A stretch of DNA of 64,000 nt from Mytilus trossulus (GCF_036588685.1 NC_086373.1:41540001-41604000); one strand, 5' to 3'. Counted from the first letter of the stretch, positions 13,421 through 27,610 are shown. A program made the numbers and translations. The notes: generated from the sequence alone by a model not told the origin.

Positions 13421-14626
13421 GTTTAGTTTAAACAATATTTATTAATAAACAATTTCAAGACAAATATTACAATGTTACATATAGTACAAATATGGGATTT
13501 GGAAACAAGTTTGGAAAAACTTTTATAAATCCGTCTCCCTAAAAAAACCAAAAAACATCTATTTAACATACAATATTACGTGCCAACAGTATATTCATTT
13601 TATGGTAGCATATGATACATTGAATAAATAAACACACACACACACACACAAAATAAAAAAATACAACAAATAAAATAAAGGAAAAAAATAAAAAGTGAGG
13701 AAAAAAAAACAAAAAACAAGAAACAGTCAACTCTTATTTACTTTTCTAGACAGTCACTGGAACCAACACACACGTCCGACCTTAATCAACTACACCGGGC
13801 AATCCACTCGATTTTACATCATATTTAAAAAAAAAGAAAAAAAAAGTCTAAATATATAATATATATACATATGCTAGATTAACTTTCAAAACGTTTTGTT
13901 TTATTAATGTATTCAGAAACTTTATGAAATATTTGCATATTGTCCTCGTCCGCTTTTAGACTATCCCCATATAAAATAATCTTAAGATTAGAACAAGAAA
14001 TCGTCCCGATAGTATCCCTTCGAATTTCATTATATTTTGGACATATAAAGAAATAATGAGAGGTAGTTTCTTCTCGACCACAGGAACACAGTGAGTTCTC
14101 GATTAGATTTTTTTTAAATAGATGGTCCCTTAGAACACTACTCTGGAGCCTTAGTCTTGCTAAGCATATCTGTTCTCTTCTACAGCCGAAGTGAAAATAC
14201 AATGGTATTTTATTAATATTTTGAGAAAGATAAGTTTTAAAACCCGATTTTGATTTTGATTGGTTTAGACGAATGTCGTCAGGAATATTGTTCCAAAGGT
14301 TTACTACGACTGGTAGGAATGACTTTTGATAATAGCTTGTTCTGCATAATACAGTTTGTAAATTTGAAGACCCCCTAGTCCTGTGGTCGTGTAGATCTAG
14401 TCTCTGATTTGGAACTAACACAGAAAGATAATCAGGACAATCTCCGTGAAACATTTGATGAAATTTTAATAACTTATGTTTATCACGCCGAGACTGGAGA
14501 GTTTCCCAACCGGTTTCATCGTACATCAACTGTCTTGATGTTACCTTAGTACCACCTGTAACGATTCTTGCTGCTTCTAGTTGTAAGTTTTCCAGAGATG
14601 TTTTTAAATAATTAGGTATGTTATCT
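13421..14626 (-). mobile_element. 5'-truncated CR1-like LINE (C-terminal part of ORF2 plus 3' UTR)
   Basis: ORF 13879..14529 extends upstream in frame (DNIPNYLKTSLENLQLEAARIVTG..GWETLQSRR). It ends in a CCHC-type motif CSCGREETTSHYFFIC; the 3' end aataaatattgtttaaactaaac is near 13421. Confidence 0.8.
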
Positions 14627-15582
14627 GGTTTCCTGTTGTTCCTTCGTTTCCCTCTGATAGTTGATGTGTTTCCCGTGCTCCTGGTTTGTTACCCAGATTT
14701 GTATTTTTTTTCAATCGAATTGTGATTTTTGAATACCAGTATACTTTTATTTTACGTCAGTACTAGTGGATCTAGAGTTTTTAGTGGGAAATGAAGGCAA
14801 TAGTAGTATACCGCTGTTTAAAGTGACTCCATAAACCATTCGTTTGATATTTCTTGTATGGTCTCATGCAGTGACAATTACCACACATCCTATCAATTCC
14901 ATCACATTGTTCTTGTCCTTTATAAAAGAATATCATTTAGAAAGAAGTTCAAATTAATGCTTTTCCGGAAAAAAATACATTGATAATTAGGATTAAATTT
15001 CAACAGTTAAGCCAAGGGGGAAACGCCCCTAAAAAAGTGACGTCTTTCGTGCATAATTTAATTTTCATTTTGTAGAGACGTGTTCAGTGCGGTCGATATG
15101 ATTTCATATTCTCGAAAGGACAAAGGAAAATTATTCATGTAAAGACATCGTCAAGATGTCACACTTGAAATTCTTGATCTACTTCGAAAAAAGTACGTAA
15201 TTTTGGTACAGGAGAAGGCATTTTTTGTAAATTTGGGAATGTTGTCCAATGGCAATTCAGATACATTTAGTAGGATTGGCCATTATGACAAAAGTGTGTC
15301 AGATATCATATCTGATATTCTTCTTCAGTCATAATAACCTTCCATCATTACCGAATTGAACAAAGAAATAACACGACGGGTGCCGTATACCGTGCAGGAA
15401 ATGCTTACCCTTCCGGAGCACCTGATTTCACTCCCGGTTTTTACTGGAGTTCGTGTTGTTTCTTGATTAATATTTATAACTGTTGATGTAAATGTTCTTT
15501 GGTTTTGTGAGTCTTTGTTTACCCCTTAGTTTTGATTGTTATTGTCTTAGTACCGAGCCTAATGAGTAGTCAATGTCGTTAA

Positions 15583-16998
15583 AGGGGCATTAGCTACGAG
15601 ATATGTAAAAAATCAGAAGTTTGATTTTTTTCTGTTCAATCAATAATGAAAATGAAATAGTGAAATAACAATTCGTTTTTTGCAGCCAAAAAGGTTCAAT
15701 CTTGTCAAATTACGCTAATAAACATTGAACAGATAATTATTGAGAGGCTGTGCCAATAAGCATAGAGCTTCAGGTGGAAAGTGAAAAAAAATAAAAAGTC
15801 ATCAAACCTTGCTTAAAATAAACATTTGAGTCTTAAAAGATCATTCGACAAACAATAACGATCAGTTGTGAGGGAAAACACTTTTTTGACAGTTTAAAAT
15901 GGTTACCATAGAAACGAGTGAATCTGAGACAATATTTTAGGTACAACACAGGATATTCCGACATGAAATATGATACCAGAACAAAGAAAAGTGATTATTG
16001 CAAGTAAATATTTTAATTTTGTAACCTTAAAATTATCAGCTAAAAAAATCTTTTCTTAAAAAAATGTTTATTTATGGTTGCTATGGTAACAGGAAAATCA
16101 AAGGGTTCAAGTTTATAAATTTTACACAAAAATACGCAATTTTTGGATCAAAATTGTAAAAAAATCCTGATGTATATAATATAAAATATGGTACTGACAA
16201 AAATGAATGACTATCATATAATTCAAAGAAAAAATAAATTTGGGTAGACTATTGAATTTTTATTGGTGGCAGCTACCCAACATTATGCTGTTTCTGAAGC
16301 AATTTTGTACGAAAACTACAAATTTTGTCACCTAATAGGGGTCACTATCATAGAAAAATGCACATATGATTAATTTGTACTGACATGATAAGTGTCGCAT
16401 AAAAGTGTATTCAATTGAGTAGAAAACTATGCATAAAATTTCCATAGCAACCATCTATTTTGCATAGCAACCTACTGAGGCTGTGAAGGAGTCGACCTCT
16501 TTAAATCCATATTCATGTGAACTTAAATTTAACCCTTAGCTAGAGATTGACATCGCATGCATTGTACGTGTACTGGTTATATAAAGGAAAAGAATGTCAA
16601 CAATGAAAGTGAACTACGGTAAATCATTTGATTACTAATTCGATGCACATAAAATCATTCTTATACGGTTAAAAACAATGAGAAACATATGTTTTTAATC
16701 TATAAAATCAAATCAAACAGACCTATAAAAATCCAATTGCACGTGTTGGTTTAATCTATTTATATCTTTATTTAAGTTTACATTGCTTATATGGTCATGT
16801 GAGGTCAAATCGATAGTTAATTAGACGGCGTCTGGACTTAAATACACACGAAACGAACTTATATATTATCTACCCCATACTCTGTAAACTGTTTATTTAA
16901 TACTTTTGATAGTTTGAATAAATGTTTTACATTGTTATAAATCAAATATGAGAATTTGAGCCAAATCGGTGACCATGAATTTGACAGCTAGTGCCCCT
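15583..16998. mobile_element. Kolobok-type non-autonomous DNA transposon, with a probable nested insertion at ~15753-16476
   Basis: TIR AGGGGCA(T/C)TAGCT; TTAA at 15579-15582 and 16999-17002; internal segment flanked by direct repeats GAGGCTGTG (15744-15752, 16477-16485). Confidence 0.75.
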
Positions 16999-18288
16999 TT
17001 AAAATATCCCATATAGTAGTTGATTCCTATATTTTATAATAATCATTGAAATACGTTTTTAATCATGAAATTCGCAATTACTCATGTAAGTAAATAGGTA
17101 TTAGTATAACACGTGTTTGCTATTATAAAAAAATGTATAATCTGAACAGCTCCGCGAAAACCTGGAAAAACTAAGACATCAAACCATCAGCCCTCTTTAT
17201 TGTCGTTCTACATGCCCAACTGACAAACAGAAGATACTCATGACTGACATGAAACAGACATCGAAATGGAATTTGAAACCAAAGTAGGATGACAATACAG
17301 GTAGATATGACATATGCATATAGACACTATTGCTGATTTTTTTTTTCAAACTGGCTAGTATAATTTTTGCATGTTTGAAATACAGAATGGCGAAAATCTT
17401 GTATTAAAAAGATTCTATGCCACACCTGAAGTATTGGAATAGCGGATAAACCCTTTTCTGTTCCAAATTTCTAATGTCCCCTCTTTGTTTCCTCCCAGCC
17501 ACATTTTCGGTTACAAATGACATGTTCTGGTTGATTGGACTATGCTGTTACCTTTCACGCCATCTTATTTATGTGTAAACCATCGCTAACTAAGGGTCGG
17601 GTTACAATGAGGTTCACGTGAATACGGATTCAAACAAGTTTAATAATTAACTTGCAAGTCTGTAATACATCAGCGGTGTTTGAGGGTTATTTTGAAAAAA
17701 ATGGACCGAACTAACTGCTTATAACGAAATGGCATTTTTTTTTTTTGGTTTCATGGATATAGGAAGATGTGGTGTGAGTGCCAATGAGACAACTCTCCAT
17801 CAAAGTAACAATTTAAAAAGTAAACCATTATAGGTTTAAGTACGGCCTTCAACACGGAGTATATGAACATGAATATATAATAATTAGCATGTTAATCTAT
17901 TGTAATAAAAATTCATAATATCCAATACAATCTGTAGATTTAGCTAACAAAGTCCTTATATTTCTATAAAGTAACATTCGTTTATAGTGGAAAATTGTTT
18001 TAACGTTATATAACCTTCAATTCAAAATTGCTTGGTAGTTCAGCTCTATGATTAACATTTATCTCCCAAACAATCTATCATGAAGGGGAGATAAATAATT
18101 CGGCTTTCATTTATAGTCTATCTCAAAAATGATGAATGATTCTTTATATTGGTATTTATACTGCACTTGTTCTATTTGAGCAGTCAAAATACGTTGACCG
18201 TATATTTCTATGTCATATACAGTTACTGACCTGATATCACTTTTCCTCATGAATATTTAAATAGAAATTGTCGAAATTATATAGAGAA

Positions 18289-18978
18289 TAATACATGGCA
18301 AAATCCGTATCATATGTCGTATCATCCCGAGACATCAATATCAGCCCGAGGGCCCTTAGGCCCGAGGGATGATATTGGTCGAGGGTGATACGGCATGTGA
18401 TACGGATTTTGCCATGTATTATACGCTTTATCATATATTTCAACAGAAGAGTTTTATATTATATGAACTGTTTTCTGATCCATAGCACTGGGTTACCTTC
18501 AGTTCTGCTTTTGTCTTGTTTCAAAGCTTTAAAATAACTGCTCAATTATTTATACGAAGCACCTAGGTTACCTTACAATCTGTTGTTTTGAAAATATTTT
18601 GTTTATTATTGTATTATTGAGTGTTTTGTATTTTTTACAGTTGCATTTAGTGTGCCAAAAAAAATGTTGTAAAAACTTGATGTTCGTGACGTTACATACC
18701 AAACAATGACGTCATTAAAAAATTGACCTATTTTTTTTTATTTTTTTTTTAATATTTAAAAAAAAAAAAAAAAATTTAATAGAAAAAAAATTCTTAAGCA
18801 AAAAAAACCCCAAAAAAACTGACTTAAGTTTAAGAAAAAAAAAAAAAAAAAAGGTATGCAATACGGGTTTTACCATGCGATACGGGGTATGCGATACAGG
18901 GTAGGTGATACAGACTGGAAAAAAGAACCTTTATTAGATATACAAAATAGCTGTATTTTGTACTAAATATATGATAAA
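18289..18978. mobile_element. Crypton-like non-autonomous element with terminal long hairpin
   Basis: Imperfect palindrome at 18289-18421 centred on CCCGAGGGCCCTTAGGCCCGAGGG, plus a second inverted-repeat pair TTTATCATATATTT (18427-18440) / AAATATATGATAAA (18965-18978); no TSD seen. Confidence 0.55.
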
Positions 18979-20955
18979 TTTAATTATTCATACGACCTCT
19001 TCAACCTGTTCTTGTTTCCAATGTAAACAACGATGCGTTTAACGTCTCAAACTTGTTTCTTTTACAATTTTTGGGAAAACATATTTCACTTATTAATATT
19101 TTTTGTTTGCAACTTATAAATCATTATTTTTTATGTTAATTGTTGATATCTTAGTCTGTAAACAAACGAATTCGTTCACCATTGGTTGCGGTTTTCAACA
19201 GGTAATGATGCACATTTCATCGTGTTGTATATTTCTCCGTGGTTCATTCTCATTTATCCAACTTTTTAAAATTTTAGGTAGTAAAGGTAAAAAAAAAAGT
19301 TGGATAGATGAGATCAAAGGTAATCAAGAACAAAGGGTTTTTCAATTAGAGTTTGGGTTGAATGACAGGTGAAAAATAACACTGAAAATTAGGCTACCCG
19401 GATTAAGTTTTCTGTAGTATTATTTAGCATAGCATGTTAAAATGTGCAACTGACATTAAGTTGAATAGATGTAATTTTAATCATTTAAAGTATTTCAAAG
19501 TTTTTTAACCGTTAATTCAAATGTGAACTGAATAGAAAATTGTCAATGAGATGGAGCTGGTTTGTGTAATAGATACTCTTCATTCGGTTTTTTTTCTGTT
19601 CTTCTGACCAAATGATCCAAATTGGACAAAATATAAGTTGAATACGTTTAAGGTAGATCACAAGTATATATTTTTTTGAGACAGAATTTTTTTTATTATT
19701 TGCCAAAAAGAAGATTTTGCTATGCTCTTTTCAACAGTTTAATAAAAAGTATGGGTCACCGTGCTGTTTTTCAAGCAATGAGTCATTGAAAATTGCCAAA
19801 ATTTGGTTAGTTTGTTCATGAAAAAACACATAAGTGTACATAAAAAAAAAATTCTATGAGATAGAATTTTGAAATAAATTGTGACAAGAAAGATTTCATA
19901 ATTTGTTTTATGAAAATAAGAAGAAAACATGGTGTCACCGAACTTATTTTCTTGCTACAAGTAAAATTAAAAAAAATCCCTATTAGTCCAGTATAAATTT
20001 TTTACTCTTATGATTATTCCATTTGTGTTATTTTGGGAGAAAAACGAAAATAAAGGCCTCCGGATATAAAATAACAAGTTTAATCTTAAATTACAAACAG
20101 TTCCAAACCATTTTGCTAGCTTCCCTTGGCCAGAGGTCAATAAAATTTCTGCAGCAGTATCTAAAGTGTTGTTGTTATAAGACTTTCTACATTATAAGTT
20201 TATTTATTGTAATGAATGTTCATAATATACAGATAAACGCTTACATTTTTGAAATTAATAGAAACAAAATAAGATTTTTTTTGGAGGGAAAGCAGGAGCA
20301 GGGCTAGAAATTGATAAGTGAACTACATGTAAGAATTGATAGTAAAAAGCAAATACACTTTATTTTCGGAGTTTTAAACGATTTCACGGGTGTGTTCTAA
20401 TACATATATGTAAATATATAAACAAAATCAATAGCAATTAAAGCACATTTAAGTCATAAAATACTGGCACAGAAATATCAATAGCACACCGTGACTAAAT
20501 GAATGTTCGGTAGATTCATTTATTTAAATGTTGATATAAAAATATTACTGATTTGTGGGTTTCTTCTGTATAATTGATGAAACATTTATTCATTATTGAC
20601 ATTATTCAATATATACTGAATTTTATTTTAAAATAAAATGTAACAAGTTTACTATCGGCTATTTTTATATAATATTTTGTAGATAATATACAAACACACA
20701 GGAACAAATTTACTGTCAAATTTTAGAAAGACACCTTATTATTACCAAACAAACAACCCAATAATTAAAAAAAAATAAAAGTTGGCTAAATGAGAATACC
20801 TATTTAAAAAGTTGGATAAATGAGAAGACACCTTCTCCGCCTGTGTGATATGAGGCCTTTTTAAAGGGGGATTTTCCCCCAATATTTACATCAAATAAAT
20901 AACATTAACACACTAAACAACAATAGAAAATAGTTTTTTTTAGATTGCAGTATAA

Positions 20956-21104
20956 AGACAATAATAGTGCATTGGCTTGACATATCAACGATATAAGGAT
21001 TCGGCCCGAAACGGGGAAAATGCTCGGCACAGTCCCGCATTTCCCCGTTTCTAAGCCTCACCCTTATATCGTTGATATGTCAAGTCAATGCACTATTATT
21101 GTCT
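20956..21104. repeat. 149-bp imperfect palindrome (hairpin MITE / Crypton-like)
   Basis: AGACAATAATAGTGCATTGGCTTGACATATCAACGATATAAGG pairs almost perfectly with CCTTATATCGTTGATATGTCAAGTCAATGCACTATTATTGTCT; inner GAAACGGGGAAA / TTTCCCCGTTTC. Confidence 0.85.
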
Positions 21105-21619
21105 ATGTAATCATTTTAAACGTTTCAAATACTCGCCTTTTATAACCTTTTATCAAATCAGCACAAAATACAAAGGAATGTCACTCTTGCATACAAATGG
21201 CACATCAATATAATTAATTAACTGTGCATTCGTGCTCCACCTTCAATGAAAATTTTAAATTATAAATATAACCAAAAGTTGTTAATCTATAAGATAGTGA
21301 AGACTAATGAAAGCTAACCCACTGTAAAAAATGTTTCTTTCAATTGTTTTAACACTTACTCAGAATAATGCTCGAGCCACTTGACTTTCATAGCTCATAA
21401 TTAACGTTTTTACATGATATTTTAATAAAGTTGTTAAAGATAATTTGCTTCTCAAAGTGAAAGACGTAATACAAATCGTATGCTTGCATCATCTTAACCA
21501 AATACAGATTTGATGTAAGTCCTGAACATTTCGACAATTGTTTGTTTATTTATATAAAAACCGTTTTGTAAACAAATCACATGTTAAGATCCGACTAAAT
21601 ACCTATATTCCGTTAGCGT

Positions 21620-23212
21620 CAGGGATGGGCACAATTACTGACAAATGTAATCGATTAATAATCGATTACATGAAGGATTTGTGTGCAATCGATTAATAAT
21701 CGATTACTCAAATTTTAGTATGTAATCGATTACAATCGATTACTTTATCAAAAGTAATTACATTACTTTTTGATTATTGTCGATTACATGCTTAAACATT
21801 TCAACAAAAAAATAACATGAATAAACACAATTATATTGCTCAACATTTGTCATGTTTGTATAGAGGAAATTAAGAACTTTACCAAATGCATCATTTAAAG
21901 CATTGTTTCAAAATTATAAGTTAATAGCTGTTTTTTTAGATCAAATCTCTTAATGAAGATTAGAAATCTTGAATTTTTTACCTTCAACATAAATGAAAGA
22001 TGTCATGGCATTGCAACAATCACTTATTCATAACTAATTCATGTAATTGTTTTTCAAAAATTTGGCTTTCTTACTAACTTCAGTTAGCTTTTTTGTTTTT
22101 ACTCTTTAAAAAATAATATTTTAGCATAGTGAATTATAATGTTTAAGGAAATATAAAAAAAAAGGTAGAATAATTAATTAGTTCAGCTAATTTTTAAGAT
22201 CAAAATTTATTTTTATAATGACATGCATGATTTAAACCTTTTGTTTGGATAACCACCCTAATTCCAGTTTATTTAACTGCCACTGGAGTACAATTTATAA
22301 CCTGGGGCTAAATACTGTAAATTTCCCTCTTAATTAGACATAAGATAATTGAAATAAAAACAAGGAATGTATTGATTAGAAGACTTTGATCATCTCATTA
22401 GGAAAGGCAAGAATGTTGTTGAGATTTGTTGACCTCTCCAATCAAATTATATACAAAATATATTTATAGTGTCTAAGGGATACATTTATCTATTCCTAAA
22501 AAGAATTGCAATGCATTGCCATTGGTTCATTAATGTTAAAAGGATTTTTTTTTATTCTTTTTTAATTTAATTTATATACATGTACATGTATATCATAAAA
22601 TTTAAGAAATCAACTGATTATGTATTCTTAGCTTTAATTTCAACTCTGATTGAAAATGATGTTTTCAGGAAATATAATACAAATAAACTTACTACTTTTA
22701 AAAATGTAGTACAGAACTGAACGAAAGACAGACAGACACATTTCTTAGTTAAGATCTATTTTATTATTTCAAATCTATTTTATTATTCTAATATTAAAGC
22801 TCTTGAATTATTGACAAGCATATACATCAATTTGTTTTAAATAGCTAGATATAAAGTAAATTTAGTTAGGGGATCTGGTTACTCATAATGCAGCTTGAGA
22901 CAATAGATAGAAATAAGGCAGTTGCTTAACTCTCAAGTATTGTTGATGCATAATATTTTATCTGTAGAACAAAGTGATAACACACATATTTCCCTCTGAA
23001 ATAGGTTATTTTTCATCAAACTATTTTACTAAAGTAATCGAAATGTAATCGTAAAGTAATCGATGATTACATCCATTTTTTTGCTATAATCGATTAAATT
23101 ACGATTACATGTAATCGAAAATGTCTTCGATTACAGATTACTGTCGATTACTTGAAAAAATGTAATCAATTACAATCGATTACGATTACAGATTACGATT
23201 ACCCCATCCCTG
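21620..23212. mobile_element. Non-autonomous hAT transposon, 8-bp TSD GTTAGCGT
   Basis: TIR CAGGGATGGG/CCCATCCCTG; perfect TSD at 21612-21619 and 23213-23220; many subterminal palindromic GTAATCGATTAC motifs at both ends. Confidence 0.92.
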
Positions 23213-23489
23213 GTTAGCGTCAGGTAAATATGCTATATAATTGAAACACAATGAGTCGTATTTAATATAATTGTTCTAAATTGAGCTTATGCCCCATTAT
23301 AAGATTTGTTCTCTTACTTTCAAACATTTAAAAGACTTTATATATTGTAAATTGAAATTATGTTTTATTGACATTGCGGTGATATCGAGATGATATCAAA
23401 CACCTTTATTATAAAGCAAGATTTGTATAACATTTTATTTCATCAAAAAAAGAATCTTTTGTGTACAAATTTTGGATTTCATCTTGTGT

Positions 23490-25229
23490 CTATCCGAGAT
23501 ATCCTTTAGACGGCTTTCTACGGCAAATCCTATGGCAACCAACAGTGGCACAGAATTTGGTTGTTGGACAATCTCCATCACTAAAACAGTCGTTTTTGCA
23601 ATCAGTTTTTCCTCCTACAACTGACTGAGCAACGACTCCTGAACCTGAAGTACGAATTGAACCACCACGTCTGGAAGAACCAGTGTCTAGTCCACCTCGT
23701 CCAGCGCTGATTGAGTCGAGGATTTCAGAACCTGAATGACCAGACCCTCCACGTCTACTACCTATGGTTTCCAAATGAGAACTGCTAGAGAGATCAAAAT
23801 TTCTATCCAGACCAGATGTACCAATTCTGCTGCCAGATGACATATGATCATCATTGCTTGAAACTCTGGTCAAGCCAGATGATGAACTTCTAGAAGAAAT
23901 ATCGACACAGTAACTGCTACAACCATCATGTACACATTTATGTCCTGAACGACACAACTTGTCATCTCCACACCCATAATGACAATTACTGATACTGTCA
24001 TCGTCAGACAAAACACGAGACAAACCAGTTGAGGAGCCCCTTGATCCAGAGGTCCTGCTTCCAACAGAACCACCAGACAAGCCTAAACTGTCTGATGATC
24101 CGTGTGTTACAAATTCACTGCCTATTCCATGAGATGTTTCAACTCTACTTGATCCTGCTCGTCTATTTGCATCAATAACATCCAGCACAGAAAGGGATTC
24201 ACCATCACGACGCCCGTTTCTGTTTCTTCCAATTGTGTTTTCCAATCCATGTCTATCTAATGCATGTTTTTCCTTTGGTGCATATACTGTAAATTCAAAT
24301 ATATGACATTTTATATAGTTTTCTGGTTCAAGAGAGAGTTTTAGCGAGACTTTAAAACAGGAATAATCGACCATTTTCCAAATGCCTGTACCAAGTCAGG
24401 AATATGACAGTTTTCATCAATACCCTTGATGTGTTTGAGCTTTTGATTTTGCCATTTGATAAGGCACGTACCGTGTTTGATTTTCGTCGGAGTTCAATAT
24501 TTTTGTTATTTTACGTTTTTCACATAATAATATATGCACCTGTCCTAAGTCAGGAATCTGATGTACAGTAGTTGTCGTTTGTTTATGTAATATATACGTG
24601 TTTCTCGTTTAGTTTATATAGACTAGACCGTTGGTTTTTCCCGTTTGAATGGTTTTACACTAGTAATTTTGGGGCCCTTTATAGCTTGTTGTTCGGTGTG
24701 AGCCAAGGCTCTGTGTTGAAGGCCGTACTTTAACCTATAATGGTTTACTTTTTAAATTGTTTCTTGGATGGAGAGTTGTCTCATTGGCACTCACACCCCA
24801 TCTTCCTATATCTATATAGTATTTCAAAAACAATAGATATGAACTTTATATAGATATAAAGGTTGTTTTTTTGCCAAAAAGATAAATATCCACTATTTAT
24901 CAAAGTACCTTTAAACAGTACAAACACTCATCAAAACCCATATCGTACTTTAAGCTATAAAGGAACCATTATAACAAAAGGCAAAACTATTACAAAAGAT
25001 AACTATTTGTTTTAAGGTATTTTATTAAAGTTTTCATGAATTTGTGCTGAAATTGTATCTTTCTAAAGATTTTTCTGCGGTAAGATATAAATATATTTAA
25101 TCTCAATATCAACAAACTTTTGGTAAAGCAGCCTATATATCTCGTGCATGTAAATTGAATATTTTTCTTACCGGCTACTGTCATTGTGGTCAATGCCATC
25201 GAGAAGAGAAAGGTCTGAAATTTCATCAT
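23490..25229 (-). CDS. Cluster gene 1: secreted Ser/Gly/Arg-rich protein with two 6-Cys WAP-like modules (284 aa)
   Basis: Exon 2 coding part 25229-25172 (MMKFQTFLFSMALTTMTVA signal peptide, G|GTAAG); exon 3 24286-23490 (acAG|TATATGCA). Non-coding exon 1 ~26871-26830; TATAAAA at 26901-26895. Confidence 0.9.
24535..24815. mobile_element. Abundant SINE-like dispersed repeat (…GGAGAGTTGTCTCATTGGCACTCACACCACATCTT… family) in gene 1 intron 2
   Basis: The same motif recurs at ~735-830, 17757-17860, 32070-32365, 48536-48582 and 63400-63495. Confidence 0.7.
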
Positions 25230-25404
25230 CTCTAAGAAATCTGAAAAACACATGGTAAATATTATGTCTGAGAGAATCATAATCAGCACATCACTGACAT
25301 AAAACGGTGAATCTAAAAAATAATTGTTTTATTTTTGACATGCGAGACAGTTACATCCTCGGAAGGATTAATGATAATTTTTAGGTAAAACTTAAAAAAA
25401 ACAA

Positions 25405-25988
25405 AGGAGTAGGTCCATTAAGACCTCTTTTTGACCCCAAAATAAGGCAGTTTTACAAGATTCATAAACTGTAATCTTTTAGTTATCTATTGGACAGTAG
25501 ACTGGTTCTGCTACATAAATATGGGCTGTTTTTGACAATACAATGAACATGTATTGGGTACTAGCACCATTAAGTCATGCTAAATTACTGAAATCTTCAC
25601 AATTCTAGCATTTTAGTTAAAATTTAGATAGTTTTCGTGTAAAACGAAAGTGGTCGCATTCATGTTCATCCTTAATATTGAAAAGTAAGTTGTATTTTAT
25701 GATAATACATATAAACATATATAAAGGTTGAGTATGAACACGGATGCGGCCACTTTCAATTTTGACAAAAAACATCTGAAAAGTGACATTTTTGGGGCAT
25801 ATTTGGTAGATTTTTCATATTTGAGCTTGAATCGGATCGTTTTTAATGACTTACTCAGTTAAAATCTTTCACTTAAACTAATTGATTCAAATGAAATAGA
25901 CACTCAAGTGTTTCAAAAGTGTTTGAAATCTTTCGTCAGATGAACCTGAAATTTGAGGTCAAAATCGGTCCTTACCGAACATACTCCT
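25405..25988. mobile_element. Kolobok-like non-autonomous DNA transposon in gene 1 intron 1
   Basis: Imperfect TIRs AGGAGTAGGTCCATTAAGACC / GGTCCTTACCGAACATACTCCT. Confidence 0.6.
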
Positions 25989-27610
25989 TTCAACAAAATC
26001 TTGATTTTTTTTAGGTTTGATTGTTTTTGAGCTACAGGTTGTCAAAATTTATTATTCTGTAAGAATTCTTTCTCCAAAAGGCATTTTTATGAAATTAATA
26101 CTAAAAATTTGACTTTAAGTATCTAAATTCTTTCAACGGATATTACGCAAGACTAAAACCCAACCAAGCTAAATATTGATATTGCATATTAATAAATCGA
26201 GAACTTATAGTTCCAATTTATATTAAAATTATTACGTTTCAGAACAATTGGATAGAACTTACAAATTAAAAATTGATTCACGAATCGAAAAATAAAGAAA
26301 AGAGCTTAAAGAAAAATAGCAACACCTTTCACTGAATTCTTAGAGATGCACATCTTTTTTCTTTGTGAATGAATATTTTAAATCTTTTAGCAAAATGTAA
26401 AGAGTAACTTCAACGTCTCAAATAATTATTTAAGTTGGCTTTTAATTTCCGACAGATATTAAAACAAAGTAAAAATCTTCTTGTGTGCCAATTAAATGTA
26501 TACTTCGAATCAGTTGTTTTCTAGAATAAACATACAAATGTGTCTTTTACCTTTCAGTCATCTAAATCGATACATAAATGTTGAACACTGCACAATTTTC
26601 GATACACTTGTCTTTCTGAAATCATTACATATTTAAATTTCTTTCTAACAAGTGAGCAATATCATTTTTTTACATACAGCAAATGCATCAAGTTTAGACA
26701 AACCGTACCTTATGAACTTTAACAATTCTTTTTATAATTCTTTTTATTTTATCTAGCTCACTTTTGCATTCTTGTTGTTTACATTCGTTTATAATATATA
26801 TATATATCTATGCTAAAACATGGTCTTACCTTTGTTTAAAGCAATTGAAATATTAAGTGGAACTGAATAGTGTTTTGCTGCTTCCGAAATGTTCTTTTAT
26901 ACCATTTTCAATTAGTTTTTCCTTTAAATGACGTACACACAAGGAAACATGTAACTAAACCGCAAATGATGAATTTGTTAAATGTATTCGAACTCTTTTA
27001 ATGTCACAAATGTCATATTTCTATAAAATTGTGGATTATGCTTAATTTTTTAGGTGTACTAAGGGCGAAATTACACTTACTTTGTCTTTCAACAGCAAAC
27101 ATATTTGTCATTATGTCATTATACATGTAGTTATTACGAAATATCGCTTTGACTTATTATCAATTTGGTAAAATATGCACGTTATTATTTTCGTTCTAAT
27201 CAGAGACATGTACTGTTTTAATTAAACCTAACCAGAAGCCTTTATTTCATTATTATATGGACGTTATTACGTTTCAGTTAGAATTGTTTGAAAACCACTG
27301 TGTTTAGAAACACAGCTTTTATTTAGACATATAACATAACATCTGATTCGAACAGGTTTGGACGTACGTTAAAAAGCAGGACGAGCACGATTTTTAGCTA
27401 AAAACCAAACGAATGAACATTTAGAAAAATAGTGTTTCAGATAGAGACGAACTTTCTGCTCCACATATGGCATACGTCATGTTGCTTATGAAAAAACACA
27501 ATGTTGGCTTAGTTTAAATCATTGGGGGAAAAGTAGAGGTACCGACCATCGTATTACTTTTAGAAAAACACACATAATTAGAAAATTAGGACCTTGTAAT
27601 ACACACATAA

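Noticed and set aside
21640-23200. GTAATCGATTAC arrays as a CRISPR-like or satellite array
   Set aside because: Irregular spacing and confined to the ends of an element with TIRs and an 8-bp TSD; these are hAT subterminal repeats. The DNA is eukaryotic.
24287-24374. N-terminal extensions or internal starts of cluster ORFs in the ORF track (e.g. MVDYSCF…, MFCISRF…, MEKVLL…)
   Set aside because: These are intron read-through or internal GTG/TTG/ATG codons; the real N-termini come from the conserved signal-peptide exon.
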